A stretch of DNA of 64,000 nt from an uncultured Solirubrobacterales bacterium (GTDB lineage: Bacteria > Actinomycetota > Thermoleophilia > Solirubrobacterales > Solirubrobacteraceae), in assembly GCA_963803475.1 (NCBI GenBank), contig CAWDMR010000009.1, forward strand, positions 3,697 through 67,696, written 5' to 3'. Numbering within the stretch: the stretch's first letter is position 1; every line of letters begins with the position of its first letter. The notes under the pieces are model-generated. The model had not been told where the DNA came from, made no database searches, and was given only the letters and a program-made list of their open reading frames with translations. Positions 14,448 through 25,272 of this stretch are shown here, in pieces. The translations under genes and the position numbers were made by a program.

Positions 14448-14511
14448 ATCGGCGTGCTGACGGGCGCCTTGGCGCGATACGACCACTCCGACCATTACAC
14501 TCGCCAATTTG

Positions 14512-15049
14512 ATGCTCTCGCTGGCCGGCGTTTTCGGGATCAAGAACAGCACGATCAATCTCGTGGTGTCACTGCTGATCCTGTTCCTGGTGGTGATCTG
14601 GCTGGCGCTGGTGTACTGGACCTACGCGGACGCGCGCCGGCGGATCGCCGATCCGATGTTGGTCGGATGCGCCACCGCCGCGTCGCTGTTCCCGTTCGTG
14701 GGGACGATCGTCTACATGATCGTGCGGCCGCCGGAGTACCTCGAGGACGTGCGCGAGCGCGATCTGGAGATGCAGGCCGCCGAGGCGAGGCTGGCGGAGC
14801 TCGGCTACCACCTCTGCCCCCACTGCGACTACGAGGTGGAGAAGGACTTCCTGCGCTGCCCGAACTGCATGCGCAAGCTCAAGGATCCCTGTCGCCACGT
14901 GCGGCAAGCCGCTGGATCCGGCCTGGAAGATCTGCCCGTTCTGCGAGTCGGAGATCGGCACCTCCCACCGGCGCCGCGGCGTACCCGTCGCCGGCGGGAG
15001 ACAGCCGAGCAGCCGGTGGCCGGGACCGCACCCGAAGCGGGCGGCGTAG
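14512..15049 (+). CDS. Membrane protein with double zinc ribbon (frameshift ~14893)
   Basis: Two TM segments, then CPHC, CPNC, CxxC, CPFC. Confidence 0.8.
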
Positions 15050-15100
15050 CGTCGCGATTCCGTCTCAGCCGGGCGGACACCGACTCAGGAAGGAAGGCCA

Positions 15101-15513
15101 GTGGCCATAGAGCGAACGCTGATCCTCGTCAAGCCCGACGCCTTCGCGCGGAACCTCACCGGCGAGATCATCGCCCGCTTCGAGCGCAAGGGCCTGCGGC
15201 TGGCGGCGCTCAAGCACATGACGATGACGCACGAGCTAGCCGAGCGCCACTACGCCGAACACGAGGGCAAGCCGTTCTTCGCGGAGCTGGTCACGTTCAT
15301 CACCTCGGGTCCGCTGGTGGCGATGGTGCTGGACGGAGAAGCGGCGGTCGATGCCGCGCGGCAGGTGATCGGCGCGACCAATCCGCTCAGGCGACCACGG
15401 GCTCGATTCGCGGCGACTACGCGGTGGCGGTGGGCCAGAACATGGTCCACGGCTCCGACTCGGCGCAGTCCGCGACCCGCGAGGTTGGGCTGTTCTTTCC
15501 CGAGCTCGGCTGA
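15101..15513 (+). CDS. ndk: Nucleoside diphosphate kinase (frameshift ~15389)
   Basis: [36 protein letters not shown]. Confidence 0.96.
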
Positions 15514-15522
15514 GCTTCGGCC

Positions 15523-16080
15523 GTGACGGCGCTGGTGCTCGCCTCGCGCTCGCCCCAGCGCCGCGCGATCCTTGAACAGCTGGGGATCGAGTTCTCGGTG
15601 GTCGTGCCCGATGCGCAGGAGCTCGAGCACGGACCACCCCATGAGGTCGCGGTCGAAAACGCCTACCGCAAGGCCGCCGCGGTCGCCGAGCACCACGGCT
15701 CGGCCGTGGTTCTCGGCGTTGACACCGTCGTCAGCCTGGGCACCGAGCTATATGGCAAGCCCACGAACGCCGACCAGGCTCGGGCCACGCTGCGCGCGCT
15801 CGCCGGCCGCTGTCACGCGGTGATCAGCGGACTGTGCCTGATCGACGCCGGTCGTGGCAGCCGGACCGCCGCGGCCAGCACGCTGGTCGAGTTTCGTGCA
15901 CTCGACGAGTCGCTGCTGGGGTGGTACGTCGCCAGCAACGAGTGGCGCGAGCGCGCCGGCGGCTACGCGATCCAGGGTCGCGGCGCCGCGCTGGTGGCGG
16001 CGATCAAAGGCGACTTCTTCAACGTGGTCGGCCTGCCGGTGGCGACGCTGCTCGAGTTGGCCCCGAATCTGATTGGCTGA
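15523..16080 (+). CDS. maf: Maf family nucleotide pyrophosphatase
   Basis: [29 protein letters not shown]. Confidence 0.94.
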   Translation: MTALVLASRSPQRRAILEQLGIEFSVVVPDAQELEHGPPHEVAVENAYRKAAAVAEHHGSAVVLGVDTVVSLGTELYGKPTNADQARATLRALAGRCHAVISGLCLIDAGRGSRTAAASTLVEFRALDESLLGWYVASNEWRERAGGYAIQGRGAALVAAIKGDFFNVVGLPVATLLELAPNLIG

Positions 16081-16243
16081 GCTTTACCCGCCGTTTAGCC
16101 AATTTCCAGCAGTTTTCTCCGTCCAGGGGAGGGCTCCGCGCGGTCTTGAGCCAGGTGGGTTCGGTACACTCAGGCTTGGACGGAGCGGGCAGCCTCGGCG
16201 CGGCCCCCCGCATCTCGCCGCCTCGTCCGCTGCTTTTCCCTGA

Positions 16244-17308
<1,065 letters not shown>

Positions 17309-17361
17309 GCCCGATCTGGTATTGAGGCGATGAGCATCCAGTCTTTGGAGATAGCCATCTC

Positions 17362-18243
17362 GTGCATGACAAGCAAGTTCGGCGGCGGCGCGCAGTGCTC
17401 GCGCTGCTCGTCGGCGTTTCCCTGATTCTGCTCACGGCCTACTTCGGCGAGTCGCCGAGCAGCCCGCTGCACACGGTGCAGCGCGGGATCGTCGAGGTGC
17501 TCTCTCCGATCCAGGAGGGCGCCAGCAAGGTGCTCTCGCCCGTCCGCGACGTGGCGGGCTGGTTCTCGGACACGCTCAATGCCAAGTCGCAGCGCGACCA
17601 GCTCAAGAAGGAGAACCAGACCCTGCGCCGGGAGCTGGATGTGGCTCAGCAGAAGGCGATCAACGACGCTGTGTTGACGCGGGAGGTCGGACTGGACAAC
17701 AGTCTCGGCATCTCGGCCTACAAACCGGTGGGCGCCCAGGTCATCTCCCGTGACCCGACGTTGTGGTATCTGTCGATCGAGGTCGACAAGGGGTCTGAGG
17801 ACGGCGTGCACGTCGACGATCCCGTGGTCGGCGACGGGGCGCTGGTGGGGAAGATCACCACGGTGGCGCCGACGGTCTCGATCGTCACCCTGATCACCGA
17901 CCACTCCTCGGCGGTCACCGCCCAGGTCCAGGACCAGTACGGCGACACCGGCGTGCTGGTGCCGGCCGTCGGCAACCCGAGCCAGCTCCTGCTTCAGTAC
18001 CTACCGCGGCATGCGCCCATCCAGGTGGGTGAGCAGGTCGTGACGGCCGGGTTCAAGTCCGGCTCGCTGGACTCGCTGTTTCCGGCGGGGATCCCGATCG
18101 GCCAAGTATCCGGCGCCAACCAGGACACGCTGATCAACAGCGGCCAGATCCAGGTCACCCCGGCCGCCGATCTGCGCCACCTGCCGTCGGTCCAGATCCT
18201 GACGGCGCCGCACGCCGGTGCCGTACGCGCCCAGGTGCCGTGA
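17362..18243 (+). CDS. mreC: Rod shape-determining protein MreC
   Basis: TM plus coiled coil, DKGSEDGV, LVGKI, FPAGIPIG; operon position. Confidence 0.93.
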   Translation: MHDKQVRRRRAVLALLVGVSLILLTAYFGESPSSPLHTVQRGIVEVLSPIQEGASKVLSPVRDVAGWFSDTLNAKSQRDQLKKENQTLRRELDVAQQKAINDAVLTREVGLDNSLGISAYKPVGAQVISRDPTLWYLSIEVDKGSEDGVHVDDPVVGDGALVGKITTVAPTVSIVTLITDHSSAVTAQVQDQYGDTGVLVPAVGNPSQLLLQYLPRHAPIQVGEQVVTAGFKSGSLDSLFPAGIPIGQVSGANQDTLINSGQIQVTPAADLRHLPSVQILTAPHAGAVRAQVP

Positions 18244-18852
18244 TCGTGTTGGACTCGCTGAAGCTTCCGGTGCGGCTGGTGGCGCTCGGATTCGTGACCG
18301 TGGTGCTGCAGCAGGCTGCCGTGTCGCAGATCTCGGTGTTCGGGGTGAGCGCGGACCTGACTCCACTGGTGGTGATGTCGGTCGGCCTGCTGTGTGGCTC
18401 GATGTACGGCGCCGTGGTCGGGTTTGGCATCGGCCTGTTCGTCGACATGGTGCTGGTGCAGACGCTCGGGGTCACCTCGCTGCTGTACATCGCGATCGGC
18501 TATTGGTCCGGACGCGTGCGCGAGCTGCGTGACCCGGCCCATGGCCTGGTGCCGCTGGCGATGGGGGCGGCCGCCACCGCGTTCGCCGGCGTCGGCATGG
18601 CTCTGATCCAGTTCCTGCTCGGCGTCGATGCTCCCGTGAGCCTGCTGCTGGCGCAGCAGATCTTCATCACGATTCTGGTCAATACGCTGATCGCGCTGCC
18701 CGTGTACGCGGTCGTGCGGCGGATCATCGTGCCGGCGCTGCCCCAGGATCCGCGCCGGCGGCGACGGCGCGCGTACACCACCGGCGGGCTCAGCCCGCTG
18801 CAGCGCCCGTCCGCGGGGCTCGGGACCGATCGCGCCTCGCGGGTCGCGATGA
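18240..18852 (+). CDS. mreD: Rod shape-determining protein MreD (end approximate)
   Basis: Polytopic membrane protein between mreC and PBP2; ADLTPLVV, GFGIGLFVD. Confidence 0.88.
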
Positions 18853-20882
18853 TCCAGCTCCCCGAGGACCGCCGGCCGCCGTTGACGCCACAGCTCGCGC
18901 TGCGCGTGGCGATCCTGTCGGCAGCTTCGCGCTGGCCATGTTCGCGATCATCTTCTTCCGCCTGTGGTTCCTGCAGGTGCTGTCCGGCGACAAGTACGCT
19001 GAGCGCAGGCGAGCGTCAACCGCGTGCGAGACATCGGCGGTGCCCGGCGCCGCGCGGGCGAGATCGTGGACCGGGACGGCAACATCCTGGTCGACTCCAA
19101 GCCGGCGATCGCGGTGCAGATCTCGCCGCCCGACCTGCCGCATCGCGCTCGGCCAGCGACGCGCGAGCTGTATCGGCGGCTGGCGGGCGTGCTGGGGGTC
19201 AGCACGCGCGCGGACCCATTCCGGGTGCCGCGGCGACGGCGTCCGCGCCTGGCCGCCGATCCCGTGCGCCGTGGCGCAGCAGCAGGCGCTGCTGCCCTAC
19301 GCCAACGTCACGCTCAAGACCGACGTCCCCAGCGATGTCCTGTACTACCTGTCGGAGCGCCAGAGCCCAGTTCCCCGGGGTGCAGATCGAGCAGGTGTGG
19401 CTGCGCCGCTATCCCGCTCCACGACTTGGCCGCCCAGCTGTTCGGCACGTCGGGCCCGATCACTCCGCCCAGGAGCTCAGGGAGCGTAGCTACCGCGGCG
19501 TCTCCGCGGCAGGCGATCGTCGGCCAGTCAGGCCTGGAGTGGTACTACGACCGTTACCTGCGAGGCGTCGACGGCGGCGAACCGCGTCCAGGTCGACGCG
19601 CTGGGGCGCTTCCGCGGCTATCTGTCGCAGCCAAGCCGAGTCTCCGGCCACACGCTCAAGTTGTCGCTCGACCTGGGCCTGCAGCGGCCGGGCAGCAGGC
19701 GCTGGCGCAGGCGATCGCCAGCAACCCGCCCGCGCCCGGCGGGTGCGTTCGTGGCGCTCAATCCGCAGAACGGCGAGGTTTACGCCATGGGCTCGTACCC
19801 CACGTTCGACCCCAACATCTTCACCAAGCCGGTGCCGGAGTCGGTCTACCAGCAGCTCAACAACGCATCCAGCAACTACCCGCTTGTTCAACCGCGCCAT
19901 CCAGAGCGCCTACCCCACCGGCTCGACGTTCAAGGGCATCACCTCCACGGCCGCGCTGCAAAGCGGGGCCTGGTCCCTGGGAGACAGCTACGACGACACC
20001 GGCGTGTACTCCAACGGGCCCGGCGACGTGCGCCACAACGCCGGTCACGCCGCGTACGGCGTGGTCGATCTGACGCAGGCGATCAAGGTCTCCTCCGACG
20101 ACTTCTTCTACAACCTGGGCCGGCTGACGAACAGCGACGTGCGCCGCGGGGCGGCGCGCTGCAGCAGTGGGCGCGGGCGTTCGGCATCGGCCGGGCCACC
20201 GGCATCGATCTCGGCGGCGAGAATCCGGGGATCCTGCCCAGCCCCGAGTGGCGGGCCAACCGAGACCGGCTGGAGGTGCGAGTGCGAGCGGGGCGCGGGG
20301 CCGTTCCGCGGGCACGGCCGCCACGTCAGCTGCGGGATCGCCGACGGCCGCCCCTGGTCGGTGGGCGACAACGAGAACCTCGCCGTCGGCCAGGGCGACC
20401 TCGAGGCCACGCCGCTGCAGCTCGCCGTTGCGTACTCGACGATCGAGAACGGCGGGAAGGTCGTACGGCCGCATGTCGGGCTCGAGGTGGATGCGCCGGA
20501 CGGCACCCTGCTGCAGAAGATCGATCCACCGCCCGCGCGCCTCATTCCCATCGCTCCGCAGAACCTGGACGCGATTCGCACCGGCCTGCACGAGGCGGCC
20601 TCGGAGCCCGGCGGCACCTCGGCCGACGTGTTCGCCGGCTGGCCCCAGAGCCAGTACCCGGTGTACGGCAAGACCGGGACCGCGCAGCACTCCAACCAGG
20701 CGGACCAGTCGTGGTACGTGTGCTTCGTGCCCGACCCCAGCCGGCCGATCCTGGTGGTCGTGACCGTCGAGCAGGGCGGCTTCGGCGCACAGGCGGCGGC
20801 GCCGGCGGCCCGGCAGATCCTGTCGCAATGGTTCATGGGCCAGCGCGGCAAGTTCATCGCGGGAGCCTCGAGGACGCTATGA
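18849..20882 (+). CDS. mrdA: Penicillin-binding protein 2 (frameshifted)
   Basis: FRLWFLQVL, GQSGLE, PTGSTFK (SxxK), SSDDFFY, GKTGTAQ (KTG). Confidence 0.93.
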   Translation: MIQLPEDRRPPLTPQLALRVAILSAASRWPCSRSSSSACGSCRCCPATSTLSAGERQPRARHRRCPAPRGRDRGPGRQHPGRLQAGDRGADLAARPAASRSASDARAVSAAGGRAGGQHARGPIPGAAATASAPGRRSRAPWRSSRRCCPTPTSRSRPTSPAMSCTTCRSARAQFPGVQIEQVWLRRYPAPRLGRPAVRHVGPDHSAQELRERSYRGVSAAGDRRPVRPGVVLRPLPARRRRRRTASRSTRWGASAAICRSQAESPATRSSCRSTWACSGRAAGAGAGDRQQPARARRVRSWRSIRRTARFTPWARTPRSTPTSSPSRCRSRSTSSSTTHPATTRLFNRAIQSAYPTGSTFKGITSTAALQSGAWSLGDSYDDTGVYSNGPGDVRHNAGHAAYGVVDLTQAIKVSSDDFFYNLGRLTNSDVRRGAARCSSGRGRSASAGPPASISAARIRGSCPAPSGGPTETGWRCECERGAGPFRGHGRHVSCGIADGRPWSVGDNENLAVGQGDLEATPLQLAVAYSTIENGGKVVRPHVGLEVDAPDGTLLQKIDPPPARLIPIAPQNLDAIRTGLHEAASEPGGTSADVFAGWPQSQYPVYGKTGTAQHSNQADQSWYVCFVPDPSRPILVVVTVEQGGFGAQAAAPAARQILSQWFMGQRGKFIAGASRTL

Positions 20883-22067
20883 GCGTGACTCCGATCCGCG
20901 TGCCTGAAGAGGTGGCCGCCGCCGCCGGCGCGGCCGCTGACCCGGTTCGACCCGCTGCTGATGGTGGCGGCGCTCGGTCTGGTGGCCTGCTCGCTGGTGA
21001 CGCTCAAGGGCGCCACCCGGACGGTGATCGCCGGCCACCCGCTGTACTACGTCGAGCGCCAGGCGATCTACGCCGGGGTCGGGCTGTTGGTGGCGCTGCT
21101 GCTGATGCGCGTGGACTACTCGAGACTGCGCGAGTACAAGTTCGCGATGTACGGGCTGATCATCGCGCTGAACATCGTCGTGTTCGGGATGCCCGCGATC
21201 CGCGGCTCGCACCGCTGGATTCCGCTGCCCTTCCTTCAGGTGCAGTCCTCGGAGTTCGGCAAGGCACTGCTGATCGCATCGCTGGCGGCATTCGCGGTCG
21301 ATCGCTCGCGGCGCTTGCATGAACGGCGCACGACCGCGCGGATCATGCTGCTCGCCCTGGTGCCGGCGATGATCGTGATCCCGCAGCCGGACCTGGGCAC
21401 CGGGCTGGTGTACGTGGCGATCGCGTTCATGATCCTGTTCTTCGCCGGGACCTCGTGGAAGCAGCTGACGGCGCTGGTGGCGATGTTCGTGGTCTCGGTC
21501 ACACTGGTGCTGGCGGTCGCGCCCGCCCTGGGCGTGCACGTGCTGAAGCCGTATCAGGTGCAGCGTCTGACCGGGTTCCTGAACCCCTCGCACGACCCCC
21601 GCAACCAGACCTACAACATCACCGAATCGCTGATCGCGATCGGATCCGGTCAAAAGACGGGCCGCGGCGTCGCGCACGCGACCCAGACCAGCCTGCACTT
21701 CCTGCCGGAGAACCAGACGGACTTCATCTTTGCCGTGGTGGGCGAGACCTACGGATTCGTCGGCGCAGCGCTGGTGCTGTCGCTGTACGCGCTGCTGATC
21801 TGGCGGGCGCTGCGGATCCTCACCATGGCCAAGAACCTATACGGGACGCTGATCGTGGGCGGGATCCTGGCCATGATCATGTTCCAAGTGTTCGTTAACG
21901 TCGGGATGACGATCGGGATCATGCCGATCACCGGCGTGCCGTTACCACTGATGAGCTACGGAGGCTCGTCGGTGCTGGTGACGTTCATCGCCATCGGCCT
22001 GCTCCAGTCGATCCACGTTCAGGCGCGGATCGCCTCGGCGGGCAAGGGAAGGGCATTGATTTCGTGA
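20879..22067 (+). CDS. rodA: Rod shape-determining protein RodA (frameshift near 5' end)
   Basis: QSSEFGK, QPDLGT, LPENQTDFIF, PITGVPLPLMSYGGSS. Confidence 0.95.
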
Positions 22068-22174
22068 CCATTGTGTATTCGCCTGTGCTGTGCTGTGCGC
22101 GCACGGGCTCAACTCGATTGCCCGCGCTGCCCCGCCTGCGCCGGGCGTCATGACAACAAAGGACTGACAGACAA

Positions 22175-24121
22175 TTGAAGAAGCAAGTACTGGTCAGCGT
22201 CGACCGCGGCGAGACCCGGGTGGCGCTGCTGGAGGCGGCGGGAACCGTCGCCGCCCGCACGCCCGCCAAGAGCTCCTCGCGCCGGCGGCGTAAGACCACC
22301 AATCCATCCGCCGGCTATCAGGTCGCGGAGCTGTACCTCGAGCGCCGCGGCGCCCGCTCGATCGTCGGCAACATCTACAAGGGGCGGGTCGACAACGTGC
22401 TCGCCGGGCTGGAGGCGTCGTTCATCGACATCGGCCTGGACAAGAACGGGTTCCTGCACGTCGACGAGATCGTTCTGCCCGGGGTCGAGGCGCCCCGGCG
22501 CGGCCGCGGCGGCGCCCGCGACGGCCGTCAGATCACCGACATGCTCAAACCCGGTCAGGAGATCGTCGTGCAGGTGGTCAAGGACCCGCTCAAGACGAAG
22601 GGCGCCCGGCTGTCGATGGACCTCACAATCGCCGGGCGCTACATGGTGCTGGCGCCGTTCGGCGAGGGCATCGGCGTCTCGCGCCGCCTCGACGAGAAGG
22701 AGCGCGAGCGCCTGCGCAAGGAGGCGGCGAAGCTCGACCTGGAGGGCGCCGGGGCGATCATCCGCACGGCCGCCCAAGGCGCCAAGCGCGCAGATCTTGA
22801 GCGCGAGCTGCTGTACCTGTTCAAGCTGAACGAGGTCCTGCAGAAGCGGGTCGAGGAGACCCCCGCACCGGCGCTCGTTTTCCAGGAAGCCGACCTCTCG
22901 GTCCGCGTCGTCCGCGACATCTTCTCCGACAAGTTCGAGCGGGCGATCGTCGACGATCCCAAACAGCACCACCGGCTGGTCTCGTTCTTCTCCCGGACCG
23001 CGCCGGAACTCGTCGATCAGGTCGAGCTGTGGGAGGAGGAGAAGCCCTTGTTCGAGGCGTTCGGTGTCGAGGACGTGCTGGCCTCGACGCTGTCGCGGCG
23101 GGTGGATCTGCCCAGCGGCGGCTATCTGATGATCGACTACGCCGAGGCGCTGACCGTGATCGACGTCAACTCGGGCTCGTTCATGGGTCGCGGCAGGGGC
23201 GCCCGGCTGGAGGACACGATCACTCGGACGAACCTCGAGGCCACCGAGGAGGTCGTGCGCCAGCTGCGGCTGCGGGACATCGGCGGAATCATCGTCATCG
23301 ACTTCATCGACATGGCGCGGGCGCGCAATCGCGATGCTGTGCTTAAGACGCTGCGCAAGGCGCTCGACGAGGATCGGACCAAGACGTTCGTGGTCGAGAT
23401 CTCGCCCCTGGGCCTGGTCGAGATGACGCGCCAGAACGTCACCGACGGAGTGCGGGAGATCATGACCCGGCCCTGCCCGACCTGCGGTGGGGAGGGCGTG
23501 ATCAAGTCCGAGGAGACGATTGCGATCGAGTTCGAGCGCAAGATGCGAGATCTGGCCAAGGAGACCTCGGCCGAGGCGCTCCTGATTCAGATGAACCCGC
23601 GCGTCAGCGCCGAGTTCACCCACGACGACGCGCGCGCGCTGCACGCGATCGAGCAGGAGACCGGCAAGGTGTTCGTATTCGAGGGCTCCGAGGGGCTGCC
23701 GCTGGAGCACTTCGCGGTGCTGCTGGAGGGCGACCGCGAGGAGGTGCTGGAGCGCGCCGTGCCGTTCAGCGAGGGCGAGGAGGTCCACGTCGAGATCGTC
23801 GAGCCGCACATGTACACGCCCGGGGATGCGATCGCCAAAATCGACGGCTACATCATCTCCGTTAGCGGCGGCACGCCGTACGTCGGCGAGAAGCATCTGG
23901 TCAGGATCGAGGAGGTCGGTCGCACCTCGGCGCGCGCGGCCCTGGTCGACGTCGAGCCCGGGCCGTCGGGCGACGCCGTCGTCACCGCCGGGCGGGGGGG
24001 CGAAGACGGGGCCGGTGATGTCCTAGAATCAAAGCCTCGGCGCCGCGGCCGCAGAGGCGGACGGCGCCGTTCCGGCGCCAAGGCCGAGTCGGCATCCTCG
24101 GCGCAGAGCTCCTCGGACTGA
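22175..24121 (+). CDS. rne: Rne/Rng family ribonuclease with C-terminal TRAM-like domain
   Basis: GNIYKGRV, S1 domain, IDVNSG, RLRDIGGIIVIDFIDM, CPTCGGEG. Confidence 0.93.
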   Translation: MKKQVLVSVDRGETRVALLEAAGTVAARTPAKSSSRRRRKTTNPSAGYQVAELYLERRGARSIVGNIYKGRVDNVLAGLEASFIDIGLDKNGFLHVDEIVLPGVEAPRRGRGGARDGRQITDMLKPGQEIVVQVVKDPLKTKGARLSMDLTIAGRYMVLAPFGEGIGVSRRLDEKERERLRKEAAKLDLEGAGAIIRTAAQGAKRADLERELLYLFKLNEVLQKRVEETPAPALVFQEADLSVRVVRDIFSDKFERAIVDDPKQHHRLVSFFSRTAPELVDQVELWEEEKPLFEAFGVEDVLASTLSRRVDLPSGGYLMIDYAEALTVIDVNSGSFMGRGRGARLEDTITRTNLEATEEVVRQLRLRDIGGIIVIDFIDMARARNRDAVLKTLRKALDEDRTKTFVVEISPLGLVEMTRQNVTDGVREIMTRPCPTCGGEGVIKSEETIAIEFERKMRDLAKETSAEALLIQMNPRVSAEFTHDDARALHAIEQETGKVFVFEGSEGLPLEHFAVLLEGDREEVLERAVPFSEGEEVHVEIVEPHMYTPGDAIAKIDGYIISVSGGTPYVGEKHLVRIEEVGRTSARAALVDVEPGPSGDAVVTAGRGGEDGAGDVLESKPRRRGRRGGRRRSGAKAESASSAQSSSD

Positions 24122-24123
24122 GC

Positions 24124-24522
24124 ATGTCCTACGCGATCGTGAAAACAGGTGGAAAGCAGTACCGCGTCGAGCAGGGTCAGACCCTGCTCGTCGAGCGGTT
24201 GCCCGAGGATGACGGCGCCCGGGTGGCGCTCCAGCCGCTTCTGTACGTGGACGGCGACACGCTGATCGACGGCGACGACATCTCCAAGGTCAAGGTCGAG
24301 GCGCGGGTGCTGGCCCACGAGCGAGGTCCGAAGCTGCGGGTGGTCAAGTTCAAGCCCAAGCGCGGCTACAAGCGTCGTACCGGCCACCGTCAGGAACTGA
24401 CGCGGATCGAAATCACCCAGATCAAGCTGGCAGCCCGGCGATCGCGGGCTGCGGCCTCGTCCGGCGAGGCGCCGGCGGCCAAGTCCAAGCAGACGGCGAA
24501 GGAGACCGGCGATGGCGCATAA
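24124..24522 (+). CDS. rplU: 50S ribosomal protein L21
   Basis: [20 protein letters not shown]. Confidence 0.97.
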   Translation: MSYAIVKTGGKQYRVEQGQTLLVERLPEDDGARVALQPLLYVDGDTLIDGDDISKVKVEARVLAHERGPKLRVVKFKPKRGYKRRTGHRQELTRIEITQIKLAARRSRAAASSGEAPAAKSKQTAKETGDGA

Positions 24523-24772
24523 GAAGGGTCTTGGCTCATCCCGCAACGGCCGCGACTCGAAGGCCAAGCGGCTGGGCGTGAAGGTGTTCGCGGGGCAGGC
24601 GGTGACCGGCGGCGAGATCATCGTGCGCCAGCGGGGCACCCGGTTCTGGCCCGGCGACGGCGTCGGGATCGGCAAGGACGACACGCTCTATGCCCGCTCC
24701 GCCGGGACGGTGCAGTTCACCCGCGGCCGGCGCGGCCGGGTGATCTCTGTCGTACCGAGCGCCGAAGACTAG
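24512..24772 (+). CDS. rpmA: 50S ribosomal protein L27
   Basis: [24 protein letters not shown]. Confidence 0.98.
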   Translation: MAHKKGLGSSRNGRDSKAKRLGVKVFAGQAVTGGEIIVRQRGTRFWPGDGVGIGKDDTLYARSAGTVQFTRGRRGRVISVVPSAED

Positions 24773-25179
24773 GCTGCCGCCGAGCTCAACTCCGTGGTGC
24801 ACAGTGGGCAGCGGCGCGCCTTGACCGGGATCGCCGACGTGCACTCCGGGCACTCCTTCGTCTCGGGGTCCTCCTGGGCCCGGCGGGACATCAGGTGATT
24901 GACCGGGATCACGACGAAGAAGAACAGCGCGGCGGCGACGGTGACGAACGTGAAGATCGCGTTCAGGAAGTCCCCGTACAGGAAGTGGCTGCTGTTGATG
25001 GTGAACGACAGGCTCTCAAAGTTCGGCTTGCCAAAGATCAGCGCGATGATCGGCGTCAGCAGGTCGGCGACAAGCGCCTTAATGACCGCGGCGAACACTG
25101 TCCCGAGGACGACCGCCACCGCAAGATCGAGCACGTTTCCGCGGAACAGGAACTTTTTGAAATCGTTCAGCAAACTCAT
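24769..25179 (-). CDS. mscL: Large-conductance mechanosensitive channel with C-terminal zinc ribbon
   Basis: [27 protein letters not shown]; CPEC...RCPLC tail. Confidence 0.95.
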   Translation of the reverse strand: MSLLNDFKKFLFRGNVLDLAVAVVLGTVFAAVIKALVADLLTPIIALIFGKPNFESLSFTINSSHFLYGDFLNAIFTFVTVAAALFFFVVIPVNHLMSRRAQEDPETKECPECTSAIPVKARRCPLCTTELSSAAA

Positions 25180-25272
25180 CTGACGAACACACCTCCGTTG
25201 CGGCGTGATGAGCTGACCGGGCAAGCCTATGGGAGGTGGCACGGCGGCGGCAAAACTGTAATGCTCCTACGG

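Noticed and set aside
18240-20882. 880-aa MreD-PBP2 fusion in the ORF track
   Set aside because: The middle of the ORF is out-of-frame nonsense, and an ATGA overlap at 18849-18852 suggests separate genes joined by an indel.
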